NCBI GenBank assembly: GCA_964610025.1
Contig: CAZSTX010000001.1
Span: 8,219-72,218, forward strand
DNA from: an uncultured Lentimicrobiaceae bacterium
GTDB taxonomy: Bacteria > Bacteroidota > Bacteroidia > Bacteroidales > WCHB1-69
Length of the DNA stretch: 64,000 nt
Direction of reading: 5' to 3'
Shown here in pieces: positions 48,504-57,047 of the stretch (the stretch's first letter is position 1; every line of letters starts with the position of its first letter). The position numbers and the translations under genes are program-made. The notes under the pieces were generated by a model, which ran no database searches, was not told where the DNA came from, and saw only the letters and a list, made by a program, of their open reading frames with translations.

Positions 48504-49823
48504 TTGAATTCAAAAGTCTTAGTAGTTGGTACTGGTTATGTAGGCTTGGTAACGGGAGCCTGCTTTTCTGAAATGGGAATTCCGGTTGTTTGCATAGATA
48601 TTAATAAAGAGAAAATAGAAAATCTAAAAAAAGGAATTATTCCAATTTATGAACCTGGATTAGAATCTATTGTAGAAAAGAATGTGAAAGCTGGACGATT
48701 AAATTTTTCCACCTCTTTAAAAGATTGTTTAAACGATGCACAAGTTGTTTTTTCAGCAGTAGGCACACCACCTGACGAAGATGGAAGTGCTGATTTGCAA
48801 TATGTTTTAGAAGTTGCTCGTACTGTTGGGCAACATATGAAATCTTATAAATTAATTGTAACTAAAAGTACTGTACCTATAGGTACGGCTGTTTTAGTAC
48901 GTCAAACAGTTCAAAAAGAGTTAGACAAAAGAGGTGTAAAAATTGATTTTGATATAGCTTCTAATCCCGAATTTTTGAAAGAAGGCGATGCAATTAATGA
49001 TTTTATGCGACCTGATAGGGTAGTAGTAGGAGTTGATTCTAAAAAAGCCGAAGATATAATGACGACACTTTATCGCCCATTTTTAATTAATAATTTTCGC
49101 GTTATATTTATGGATATAGCTTCTGCCGAAATGACAAAATACGCTGCTAATGCCATGTTAGCTACTCGTATTAGTTTTATGAACGACATAGCTAACCTGT
49201 GCGAAAAGGTAAATGCTAATATCAATATGGTTCGTAAAGGCATAGGTACTGATACACGTATAGGAAATAAATTTCTCTATGCAGGTGTTGGCTATGGTGG
49301 TTCTTGCTTCCCGAAAGATGTAAAAGCACTAATAAAAATAGGTGAAAAACAAGGACATGAATTAAGTATTTTAAAAGCAGTTGAAGAAGTAAATGAAAAA
49401 CAAAAAGCATTGCTTTTTAATAAATTAAATACTTATTACAAAGGAGATTTACGAGGAAAGACAATCGCATTGTGGGGCTTATCGTTTAAACCAGAAACAG
49501 ACGATATGCGTGAATCACCAGCTTTGGTATTGATAAAAAAAATACTTGAAGCAGGTTGCATAATTAAAGCATACGATCCCGTAGCAATGAAAGAAGCCAA
49601 ACGTATATTGAATGATAAAATATTGTATGCCAACGATATTTATGATGCTGTAAACAACGCAGATGCTTTGTTGCTTGTTACAGAATGGAAAGAGTTTCGT
49701 ATGCCCAATTGGTCTATTGTACATAAAATGATGAAAAAACCACTTCTATTTGATGGAAGAAATATTTATGACGGACCAGAGTTAAGAAAAAAGAAATTTG
49801 AATATTACGGAGTAGGATTGTAG
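48504..49823 (+). CDS. ugd: UDP-glucose 6-dehydrogenase
   Basis: 439 aa with a TTG start. Motifs are VLVVGTGYVGLV, GGSCFPKD (catalytic Cys) and GLSFKPETDD.R.SPA. Confidence 0.92.
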   Translation: MNSKVLVVGTGYVGLVTGACFSEMGIPVVCIDINKEKIENLKKGIIPIYEPGLESIVEKNVKAGRLNFSTSLKDCLNDAQVVFSAVGTPPDEDGSADLQYVLEVARTVGQHMKSYKLIVTKSTVPIGTAVLVRQTVQKELDKRGVKIDFDIASNPEFLKEGDAINDFMRPDRVVVGVDSKKAEDIMTTLYRPFLINNFRVIFMDIASAEMTKYAANAMLATRISFMNDIANLCEKVNANINMVRKGIGTDTRIGNKFLYAGVGYGGSCFPKDVKALIKIGEKQGHELSILKAVEEVNEKQKALLFNKLNTYYKGDLRGKTIALWGLSFKPETDDMRESPALVLIKKILEAGCIIKAYDPVAMKEAKRILNDKILYANDIYDAVNNADALLLVTEWKEFRMPNWSIVHKMMKKPLLFDGRNIYDGPELRKKKFEYYGVGL

Positions 49824-49845
49824 AATAAAATAATTAATAAATTTA

Positions 49846-50403
49846 ATGATTATGAAACAAGAAATTTTAGATTTGTGGCCAGAATTACAATGGATTAAAA
49901 ATGAAGATTTACGTTTAAAAACAGCTAAAACATGGGACTTAGCTTTGGCAAAAAGTGTTTTGACTATTGATGATTTACATACAATACCTTTTACTTTATT
50001 GTGTGGTCCTGATTTAAAAGTAAGCTTTATGGCACACAAACGCTGTGTAGTACATGTTGCATATGAGTCGGCAATAAAAATGCAAGAATTTTTTAAAGAT
50101 GAGTTACCTATTAATATGGATTATGTCGTAGCTGGAGCCATTTTAGCCGATGTTGGAAAGTTATTAGAATATGAAATGAGAGATGGAAAGTCCTGTGTTG
50201 GAAGTTATGGAAAATACTTACGCCATCCTTTTTCGGGAGTGTCTCTCGCCGAACAATGCGATGTTCCAGCTGCAGTGTGTCATATTATTGCAGCACATGC
50301 TGGAGAAGGCGATTTAATAAAACGTTCAACAGAAGCTTATATAGTACATCATGCTGATTTTATGACTTTTCTTCCTTTTAAAGATCGTTTGAAAATAGAA
50401 TAA
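49846..50403 (+). CDS. HD-superfamily-like protein (degenerate HD motif)
   Basis: 185 aa. The pattern H(K)RCVVHV ... AILADVGK ... RHPF ... AAHAGEGD ... HHADF resembles HD phosphohydrolases, but the canonical His-Asp doublet reads Ala-Asp. Confidence 0.6.
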   Translation: MIMKQEILDLWPELQWIKNEDLRLKTAKTWDLALAKSVLTIDDLHTIPFTLLCGPDLKVSFMAHKRCVVHVAYESAIKMQEFFKDELPINMDYVVAGAILADVGKLLEYEMRDGKSCVGSYGKYLRHPFSGVSLAEQCDVPAAVCHIIAAHAGEGDLIKRSTEAYIVHHADFMTFLPFKDRLKIE

Positions 50404-50420
50404 TAAAAATTAAAATAATA

Positions 50421-51113
50421 ATGAGAAATTCTTATTTATGGGCAGTAATAGGAGTAGGTTTGTTTTTTGCTCCTTTCTTTTTATTCGATAGTGTTTATGA
50501 TAGTTATAAACAATGGAATGCTATTAATCCTATTTCATTGGCTTTTCTGAAATTTGCTATTTTAGCTACTTTTGGCGAAGTTTTAGGATTACGTATTAAA
50601 ACAGGGAAATACAGTGCGCCAGGATTTGGGTTGATACCACGTGCTGTTATTTGGGGATTTCTTGGAATGTGGATAGCGGCTGCTATGGGAATTTTCAGAA
50701 GTGGTGTTCCTGCTTTTATGGATAAATTTGCCGTTTTTCATGGAATGGCAGAAGCAATGGCTGGCGATTTTTCGGCAATGAAATTAGTAGGAGCTTTTTT
50801 TATTAGTTTGATGATGAATACTAGTTTTGCTCCTGTTTTCATGACTTTGCATAAAATTACTGATACGCATATTATGAACCATGGCGGAAAAATAAATTGT
50901 TTGTGGAACCCCATACCTATTAGAAAAACCATTACGACATTGAATTGGGATGTACAATGGAACTTTGTTTTTAAGAAAACAATACCTTTGTTTTGGGTGC
51001 CTGCACATACGCTTACTTTTATTTTACCTACTGATTTTCAAGTTTTATTTGCAGCTATATTAGGAGTTGTTTTAGGAGTTATATTATCAATAGCTGTTAT
51101 AAAAAGTAAATAA
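50421..51113 (+). CDS. Hypothetical polytopic membrane protein
   Basis: 230 aa with about 6 hydrophobic helices. It is tightly linked (17 nt) to the HD-like gene. I recognise no family. Confidence 0.6.
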   Translation: MRNSYLWAVIGVGLFFAPFFLFDSVYDSYKQWNAINPISLAFLKFAILATFGEVLGLRIKTGKYSAPGFGLIPRAVIWGFLGMWIAAAMGIFRSGVPAFMDKFAVFHGMAEAMAGDFSAMKLVGAFFISLMMNTSFAPVFMTLHKITDTHIMNHGGKINCLWNPIPIRKTITTLNWDVQWNFVFKKTIPLFWVPAHTLTFILPTDFQVLFAAILGVVLGVILSIAVIKSK

Positions 51114-51120
51114 TAAAACC

Positions 51121-51306
51121 ATGGGATATAAAAAATTTACACGAAGTGTAAACAATCGGCGCATAGCCGGAGTGTGTGGCGGATTGGGGGAATATTTTAA
51201 TATTGACCCAATGTTGTTGCGTGTGATTTTTATAGTTTTACTATTATTTGGAGGAGGAGGTTTGATAATTTATTTGCTATTTTGGGTGTTAGCACCTGAA
51301 AGTTAA
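51121..51306 (+). CDS. PspC-domain protein (short)
   Basis: 61 aa with R.....RRIAGVCGGLGEYFNIDPMLLRVIFIVLLLFGGGGLIIYL..W. Confidence 0.8.
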   Translation: MGYKKFTRSVNNRRIAGVCGGLGEYFNIDPMLLRVIFIVLLLFGGGGLIIYLLFWVLAPES

Positions 51307-51319
51307 TATTAAAATAAAT

Positions 51320-51769
51320 ATGATGAATAAAAAATTTGTTCGAACAAAAGACAAACGCATTGCCGGAGTATGTGGAGGTATTGCAAAGTATTTTAATATC
51401 GATCCTTTGATTGTGAGAGTTTTGTTTTTAGCAATGATGTTTTTGGGTGGTAGTGGATTGTTTATTTATATCGTTTTGCTTATTATTATGCCTTACGAAG
51501 ACGATGAATTTGCTGATTATGTTGAAATTAATTCTGATGATGCAAGCAAAGAAAGTCCCTATTCAGAGAAGAAAAATACGACAGAAGTAAAAAAACGATT
51601 TTTAAATGTAAGTTCACTAATAATGGGATTATTGTTGATATTGTTAGGAATTTTCTTTTTGCTTCGCAATTTTTTTCCATTATTAAAATTTGAATACTGG
51701 TTTCCTTTGTTGTTGGTTGTCGGTGGTTTATTATTGATAATAACGGCTGTGAAGCGAGAAAAAAAATAA
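51320..51769 (+). CDS. PspC-domain membrane protein (long)
   Basis: 149 aa with KRIAGVCGGIAKYFNIDPLIVRVLFL, plus an acidic linker and two further TM helices. Confidence 0.78.
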   Translation: MMNKKFVRTKDKRIAGVCGGIAKYFNIDPLIVRVLFLAMMFLGGSGLFIYIVLLIIMPYEDDEFADYVEINSDDASKESPYSEKKNTTEVKKRFLNVSSLIMGLLLILLGIFFLLRNFFPLLKFEYWFPLLLVVGGLLLIITAVKREKK

Positions 51770-51772
51770 ATT

Positions 51773-52669
51773 ATGCGTTATAAAAATCTTTTTTGGGGTA
51801 TTTTTTTCATAGTAATAGGTGTTCTATGGTTTTTAAATATGAAAAATATTGTTGTTATTTATTATAGCAATATTTATTCTCTTTGGCCTCTTGTTTTAAT
51901 TTGGATGGGAATCAGCATTATTCCTATTAAAAATGGCTATAAAATTTCTATGGATTTGTTGGTGTTAGCTTTGGCAATTTATATATTGTTAGCACCTAAT
52001 AATTATCAACATTCCACTTTATCGCCTATCGAAAAAGAGCAATCTAAAATGCTGTTTGAGAAAAAAACAGACAGTGTTAAAATAAGCCAAACAGTCGATT
52101 TGTCGATGAGCCTATATGGAGGTAGCTTTACTATAGGTCCGGGAAGTGATATTGTGAATGTGTTTGGAAAAGAAAAAAAAGCACAAAAAATAAGCATCAA
52201 ACACGAAATAGACGATATTAATTCGCATTCAGATATTGAACTAAACTATCATATTTTTTCGTCTCTTGCTAATGAAAGTAATTATAAAATATTATTGCAT
52301 CTTTTGCCAATTTGGTCTATCAATTTAGATGCAGGAGCGGCTAAATGTGCATTTGATTTGTCTGATTTTAAAGTGAGAAAAATAAATATAAATGCAGGAG
52401 TAACAGATGTATATATAAAATTAGGAGCATTGTATTCCGATGTAGCATTAACTATTGCTACAGGTGTTGCCATTGCCAACATAGAAGTGCCTTCTAATAT
52501 GCAGTGCATTGTTTATGATGAGTCTGGATTTACCCGTCTTGATTTAAACGATTTTAATAAACAAGAAAAAAATAAGTATATTTCCAATAATACAAATGAT
52601 GAATCAAAAGGAGTTATACATATTAATATTCAATCTGGAATGTCGAATGTTAACATTAAAAGATATTAG
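51773..52669 (+). CDS. LiaF/toast-rack-like membrane protein
   Basis: 298 aa. The N-terminal TM helices (LFWGIFFIVIGVLWFL) are followed by a beta-rich C-terminal region with repeated ..D[LV]......I.[IL].. strands ending HINIQSGMSNVNIK. This is typical of DUF2154/DUF4097-type domains that accompany PspC. Confidence 0.55.
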   Translation: MRYKNLFWGIFFIVIGVLWFLNMKNIVVIYYSNIYSLWPLVLIWMGISIIPIKNGYKISMDLLVLALAIYILLAPNNYQHSTLSPIEKEQSKMLFEKKTDSVKISQTVDLSMSLYGGSFTIGPGSDIVNVFGKEKKAQKISIKHEIDDINSHSDIELNYHIFSSLANESNYKILLHLLPIWSINLDAGAAKCAFDLSDFKVRKININAGVTDVYIKLGALYSDVALTIATGVAIANIEVPSNMQCIVYDESGFTRLDLNDFNKQEKNKYISNNTNDESKGVIHINIQSGMSNVNIKRY

Positions 52670-53329
52670 ATGTTGTTGAAGCGTTTAATATCGGTTGTTA
52701 TAATTTGTTGTTTTTTGAAAGTGAATTTTTTGAAAAGTCAAAATCTTCATATGTTCTGTAATATTGATACAGTGCAACAAACATTAACAACCAAAATTTA
52801 TTTTTGCAATATTTCTTCTCAAGGAAAAACTCGTTGGCAAGAAACGCTATTGCCTAAAACTCGCATAATTGCCATTGATACTCATGGTGTAGCATGGGAT
52901 ACAATAGGTAATTTATTGACAGTAATATGGGATAAATTTCCTATAGCCGATACAATTATTTATTCTTTTACAGTGAAATTTACAGACGAAATACCTTTTT
53001 CTTTTTATTGGGGCAAAGGTGCTTTGTTGTTTGTAAATACCGATGGTAATATTCAAAAAATAAATTCTTATCCACAGTGTATTGTAAAGAATGGACTTGA
53101 TAAATATACTGGTTTAGATACCCTTTATTACATACAGGTAGGAGTTGGAAGTAATTATCGCAAGGGAGATTATAAATTATACGATAGCGATGATATTTTT
53201 ATCAAAAAATATAATAACCTTTATAAGTATCAAGTTGGACCTTATAGTAGTATTGAACAAGCTCGTGAACGTTTACTGTTTTATAGAAAGCAAGTTCCCG
53301 ATGCTTTTATAGTAAAAGAAAAAAAATAG
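52670..53329 (+). CDS. Secreted protein with a C-terminal SPOR-like domain
   Basis: 219 aa. The C-terminus YYIQVGVGSNYRKGD......IFIKKYNNLYKYQVGPYSSIEQARE.L...RKQVPDAFIV fits the SPOR fold pattern. Confidence 0.6.
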   Translation: MLLKRLISVVIICCFLKVNFLKSQNLHMFCNIDTVQQTLTTKIYFCNISSQGKTRWQETLLPKTRIIAIDTHGVAWDTIGNLLTVIWDKFPIADTIIYSFTVKFTDEIPFSFYWGKGALLFVNTDGNIQKINSYPQCIVKNGLDKYTGLDTLYYIQVGVGSNYRKGDYKLYDSDDIFIKKYNNLYKYQVGPYSSIEQARERLLFYRKQVPDAFIVKEKK

Positions 53330-53331
53330 TT

Positions 53332-54630
53332 TTATTTTTCAATCACTAAGGCATCGGCTATGATTTCTGCTATGCTTTTTATCTTGATATTTAATTTATA
53401 ATGATGATTGAGTTGCATTAATTGGTCGATGCAATTGTGGCAAGGAGTTACTACAATAGTAGCACCTGTTTTTCGTATTTGATTGGCTTTAATTTCTCCT
53501 ATTTTCAGTCGACGTTCGTTGTATTCGCTCATTGCTAACTGTCCACCGCCACCACCGCAACAGAAATTATCATTGCCGTAAGGATTCATTTCTACAACAT
53601 CTTTAGCAGCATTTTTTATTGCAAACCGAATTTCGTTAAGCAAGCCTCCATTACGTACCAAATTGCAAGGATCGTGAATGGTAATCTTTTCATTTATAAG
53701 ATTATTGTTGAGTTTTATTCTGCCTGTTCGTATATAATCATTAATAATTTCAACAACAGTAATAGTGTTGAAATCATATTCGATAGCTAAATAATTCGGA
53801 CCTTCCCATCGGGTAGAGCGTGAACCATGCCCACATTCTCCTAAAACTAAGGTGTTAGCATTGAGTTTTTTTACTTCATCGTATAGTTTTTTAGCTATGA
53901 TGGCAGCATGTTCGTCGTTTCCGCTATAGTAGCCGTAATTTGTAACATCATACATATTAGTTGATAAAGTCCAACTTTCTTTGGCAGCATAAAACACTTT
54001 TGCCATAGCTGAAATAGAAAGTGGAAAAAATTTAGGTTCACGTGGATTGAGTGTGTAGAGAATGTTTTTATCTTTTTCGTCTAATGGAATACGAGCATTT
54101 TCGTCTTGCATTTCGTCTATTAATTCTTCTTCCATCCATTTAATAGTGTCTACAAATTCTTCGCTTGGAATACTCATGTTATTGCCAGTGATTAAGCTAG
54201 CATCTACTGTCGATTGTAAAGAAGGTGGAACTAAATCCATGGCAGCTAACATTTGTCTTCCTACTTTAACAATGTATGCAATATCGACACCTATGGAGCA
54301 ATGTTTTACACAACGTCCGCACATAGTACATGCTCCATATAAAAGATCAATCATTTCTTCTATCATTTTTTCGTCTAATTCGCGAGCATTGACTAATTTA
54401 GGTGCTATTTTTCCAGTAAGCGTACAATAGCGACGGTAGAGCGAAGCTACTAATTCTACTTTGCGTGCGGGAATGTATTTTGCTTCTTTCATACTAATAA
54501 AATAAGTGCAACTTGTAGCACATAAACCGCAATGTACGCAAGCATTTATATGTGTTATCAATTTGCTGTCTTCAGGCATTTGTAGTATTTTTAATGCCTT
54601 TTCTATTTGTTCTTTTGTTATCTTACTCAT
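53332..54630 (-). CDS. HdrD/DsrK-like iron-sulfur oxidoreductase (2x[4Fe-4S] ferredoxin motifs plus 2 CCG domains)
   Basis: 432 aa with CVHCGLCATSC and CTMCGRCVKHC. The CCG-type Cys clusters are LGECGHG...HDPCN and NFCCGGGGG...TPCHNC. Confidence 0.8.
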   Translation of the reverse strand: MSKITKEQIEKALKILQMPEDSKLITHINACVHCGLCATSCTYFISMKEAKYIPARKVELVASLYRRYCTLTGKIAPKLVNARELDEKMIEEMIDLLYGACTMCGRCVKHCSIGVDIAYIVKVGRQMLAAMDLVPPSLQSTVDASLITGNNMSIPSEEFVDTIKWMEEELIDEMQDENARIPLDEKDKNILYTLNPREPKFFPLSISAMAKVFYAAKESWTLSTNMYDVTNYGYYSGNDEHAAIIAKKLYDEVKKLNANTLVLGECGHGSRSTRWEGPNYLAIEYDFNTITVVEIINDYIRTGRIKLNNNLINEKITIHDPCNLVRNGGLLNEIRFAIKNAAKDVVEMNPYGNDNFCCGGGGGQLAMSEYNERRLKIGEIKANQIRKTGATIVVTPCHNCIDQLMQLNHHYKLNIKIKSIAEIIADALVIEK

Positions 54631-55259
54631 TCTAATGTTTTTTTAGGTGGCCAAACATTTCGCCATCCATAGTAAAATCCTAAATGATAGCGGGCTGCAA
54701 AAAAATAAACTACATGTTTTAATTTTCCTATAGGCATATATAGTAATAAAAGAGAAGCTAATAGATAGTATATCAATGCTGTGTTGTAGTTCAAATATAC
54801 GATAGTAATAAGTTGAAATAAGCTCACCAATACATTGGAAATAAAATCATCGGCATTGCTAAGACTACGCATGGGTTTAGCAATAGCACGTTTGAAAAGT
54901 AAGCCAAATCCGCAAAGGCAAGAAAAGCTAATACTAACAGTTAACAACCATAAAAGCCATTGAGGTAGTGTTATTTGTAAGGTTATATTAACGAAAAAAA
55001 AGATTAATAATAAAAAAGAAGCAAAAGTTCCAAGATGATAAACCAAGCCTGCAAAATAGGTGGGTAGGTGCAAAAAAGCAGATTCTTTATGGTCAATCAT
55101 AGCAAGTGTCGATGAATAAGCAATGGCTTTTGTTAAATTGCCACTTTTTTTAGAATAATCTTTAGGTTTTCCTAAGTAAATTAATCGTATAAAATGAGCT
55201 ATCAATGCTGTTACACATACTATTAAACTTCCAATTGTCAACCAATGATACCAAAACAT
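54627..55259 (-). CDS. NarI/DsrM-like membrane (putative cytochrome b) subunit
   Basis: 210 aa with five hydrophobic helices, several His residues in or near helices (H5, H22, H57, H64, H75, H183, H193) and a C-terminal MPIGKLKHVVYF motif like P.[ST]KL.H of the NarI family. It has a 4-nt overlap with the Fe-S subunit gene. Confidence 0.6.
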   Translation of the reverse strand: MFWYHWLTIGSLIVCVTALIAHFIRLIYLGKPKDYSKKSGNLTKAIAYSSTLAMIDHKESAFLHLPTYFAGLVYHLGTFASFLLLIFFFVNITLQITLPQWLLWLLTVSISFSCLCGFGLLFKRAIAKPMRSLSNADDFISNVLVSLFQLITIVYLNYNTALIYYLLASLLLLYMPIGKLKHVVYFFAARYHLGFYYGWRNVWPPKKTLE

Positions 55260-55274
55260 ATTTTTTTCTTTTTA

Positions 55275-55571
55275 TTATACACAACCATCTGGTTTAGGTA
55301 AACCTGCAACACGGCATGCACCACGAGCTGGACCTAAAGGAAAAAGAGTGTAAATGTCTTTTAGTTTAAGGTTTGTTTCTTTACAGATAACTCTAATCAT
55401 AGGTGCCATGCCTTTTTCAAGATAATTTTTCCGAATAACATTAATAACCGACCAATGCTGTTCGCTCAGTGCTTCTATTCCATCTTCTTTTGCTATTTGC
55501 AAAGCAATATTTTCGTTCCAAATGTCGGGGTTTGTCAAAAAACCATCTCCATCAAATTCTAAATGTGTCAT
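55275..55571 (-). CDS. DsrC/TusE-family sulfur-relay protein with the two-cysteine C-terminal arm (DsrC type)
   Basis: 98 aa, colinear with TusE/DsrC (GFL.NP..W.E..A..IA..EGI.L...HW.VI...R..Y...G..P). It ends GPARGACRVAGLPKPDGCV: a penultimate Cys plus a Cys with 10 residues between them. Confidence 0.88.
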   Translation of the reverse strand: MTHLEFDGDGFLTNPDIWNENIALQIAKEDGIEALSEQHWSVINVIRKNYLEKGMAPMIRVICKETNLKLKDIYTLFPLGPARGACRVAGLPKPDGCV

Positions 55572-55583
55572 ATATTTTTATTT

Positions 55584-55832
55584 TTAATTAATTTCCTCAT
55601 CGTATTTTTCAATTATTTTGTCGATACTTAGTGCGGTGTCGGGCAGAACAAAGTCGGGGCAAAAATGCAATTCAACAGAAGTTTGATAACGTTTACAATG
55701 TAAAAAATGGTTGTGAAGCGAAAAGTAAAAATTTCGTATGTAATTTTCTTTTTCTATTTGACTAATAGATGTGTTGCTACTTTTAATCAAGAAACATTGT
55801 GCCATATTTGGGCATTTTTTTGCTTTTTCCAT
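55584..55832 (-). CDS. Small Cys-rich hypothetical protein (4 Cys)
   Basis: About 82 aa from the ATG at 55832 (MEKAKKCPNMAQC...HCKRY...FCPDF). The track ORF begins at a TTG two codons earlier (55838). It is the first gene of the DsrC-containing operon. I recognise no family. Confidence 0.5.
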   Translation of the reverse strand: MEKAKKCPNMAQCFLIKSSNTSISQIEKENYIRNFYFSLHNHFLHCKRYQTSVELHFCPDFVLPDTALSIDKIIEKYDEEIN

Positions 55833-55851
55833 ATTCAATTATTATCAAAAG

Positions 55852-55859
55852 CAAAATTA
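55852..55859 (-). promoter_or_regulatory. Candidate -7 box (TAATTTTG on the - strand) for the Cys4/DsrC/DsrMK-like operon
   Basis: A TAnnTTTG match lies 19 nt upstream of the ATG at 55832. A second identical box is at 55892-55899. Confidence 0.45.
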
Positions 55860-55952
55860 CTAAATTAATAATTATAAATGATAGGTGTTTGCAAAATTAT
55901 GCTTACTTGTGCGAATATAAGATTTGATTTATAGGTGTTAGCTTTTGTTTGT

Positions 55953-57032
55953 TTATTGTATTTTAGCTTTAGGGTCTAAATAACTGTAAATAATATCAAC
56001 AATGATATTTATTATAATCAAAATAACGGATATATAAAGCAAGCTACCCATGACTACTGGAAAGTCGTATTTTTCTAATCCATTTACTATCATAATACCA
56101 ACTCCTTTGTAATCGAAAATATATTCTACATATACCGCTCCTGCCATCATGCCTGCCAGCCAACCTGAAATAGCTGTAACTACAGGATTAAGTGCATTTT
56201 TAACTACATGTTTGCGTATGATATTGAAAAAACTCAAGCCTTTGGCAAAAGCTGTTTTTACATAGTTTTGCGTCATTACTTCTAATACTGAATTGCGCAT
56301 GAGTTGGATAACTGTAGCAGCAGGACGTATGCCTAATGTAATGGCTGGTAGAATTAAATTTTTTAAATCTAAGTATTCTTTTTCGCCAAAATTACTAACA
56401 GTGTAAAGATTGCCAAACATATTTAATCCTGTATAGTCAGCGAGCAAAAAAGCAAATACCCATGCAAATAAAATAGCTGCAAAAAAAGAAGGTAATGCCA
56501 TGCCCATCACAGAAAAAACAATTGCTAATTTATCAAATAAGGTGTCTTTCCATATTGCACATAATACCCCTATAACGATACCGATTACTATGGCTATAAA
56601 TATAGCTATCAATGCCAATAGAGCTGTTTTAGGAAAGGCTTCGTTCAACATTTCTAATACAGGACGTTTGCTTTGATAGGAGCGACCTAAATAAGGCGTT
56701 TTGGCAACGCAAACACTTTCTTTCCCAAAATAGAATAAAATATTGGCATGGTATTTCTTATTGTCTAAATAAAAATTACTTTCACTGTTGATGGCATTGT
56801 GAAAAGAAATAGGGGAGAAGTCGTTGCAAAAATTAAGATAACGAGTGCCTAAGGGCAAATGTAGTCCTAAATCTTTTTTTACAGCTTCTTCGGTGCTAAT
56901 ATCAGAGCGTTGTCCTAAAGTCATAGTAGCTGAATCGACAGGTAAGACCGCAAATAAAATAAAAACAACACTAAAAACACCCCACATTATCAATAATCCG
57001 TATCCTATGCGTTTTAATATGAATTGTATCAT
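55953..57032 (-). CDS. ABC transporter permease (DppB/OppB-type), orphan
   Basis: 359 aa with MIQFILKRIGYGLL... and the EAA-region YVKTAFAKGLSFFNIIRKHVVKNALNPVVT. No ATPase, partner permease or binding protein is adjacent. Confidence 0.85.
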   Translation of the reverse strand: MIQFILKRIGYGLLIMWGVFSVVFILFAVLPVDSATMTLGQRSDISTEEAVKKDLGLHLPLGTRYLNFCNDFSPISFHNAINSESNFYLDNKKYHANILFYFGKESVCVAKTPYLGRSYQSKRPVLEMLNEAFPKTALLALIAIFIAIVIGIVIGVLCAIWKDTLFDKLAIVFSVMGMALPSFFAAILFAWVFAFLLADYTGLNMFGNLYTVSNFGEKEYLDLKNLILPAITLGIRPAATVIQLMRNSVLEVMTQNYVKTAFAKGLSFFNIIRKHVVKNALNPVVTAISGWLAGMMAGAVYVEYIFDYKGVGIMIVNGLEKYDFPVVMGSLLYISVILIIINIIVDIIYSYLDPKAKIQ

Positions 57033-57047
57033 AGAAGTGTTATTTTA

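Noticed and set aside
54062-54430. 122-aa plus-strand ORF inside the DsrK-like gene
   Set aside because: It is an antisense shadow. The opposite frame carries the ferredoxin and CCG motifs.
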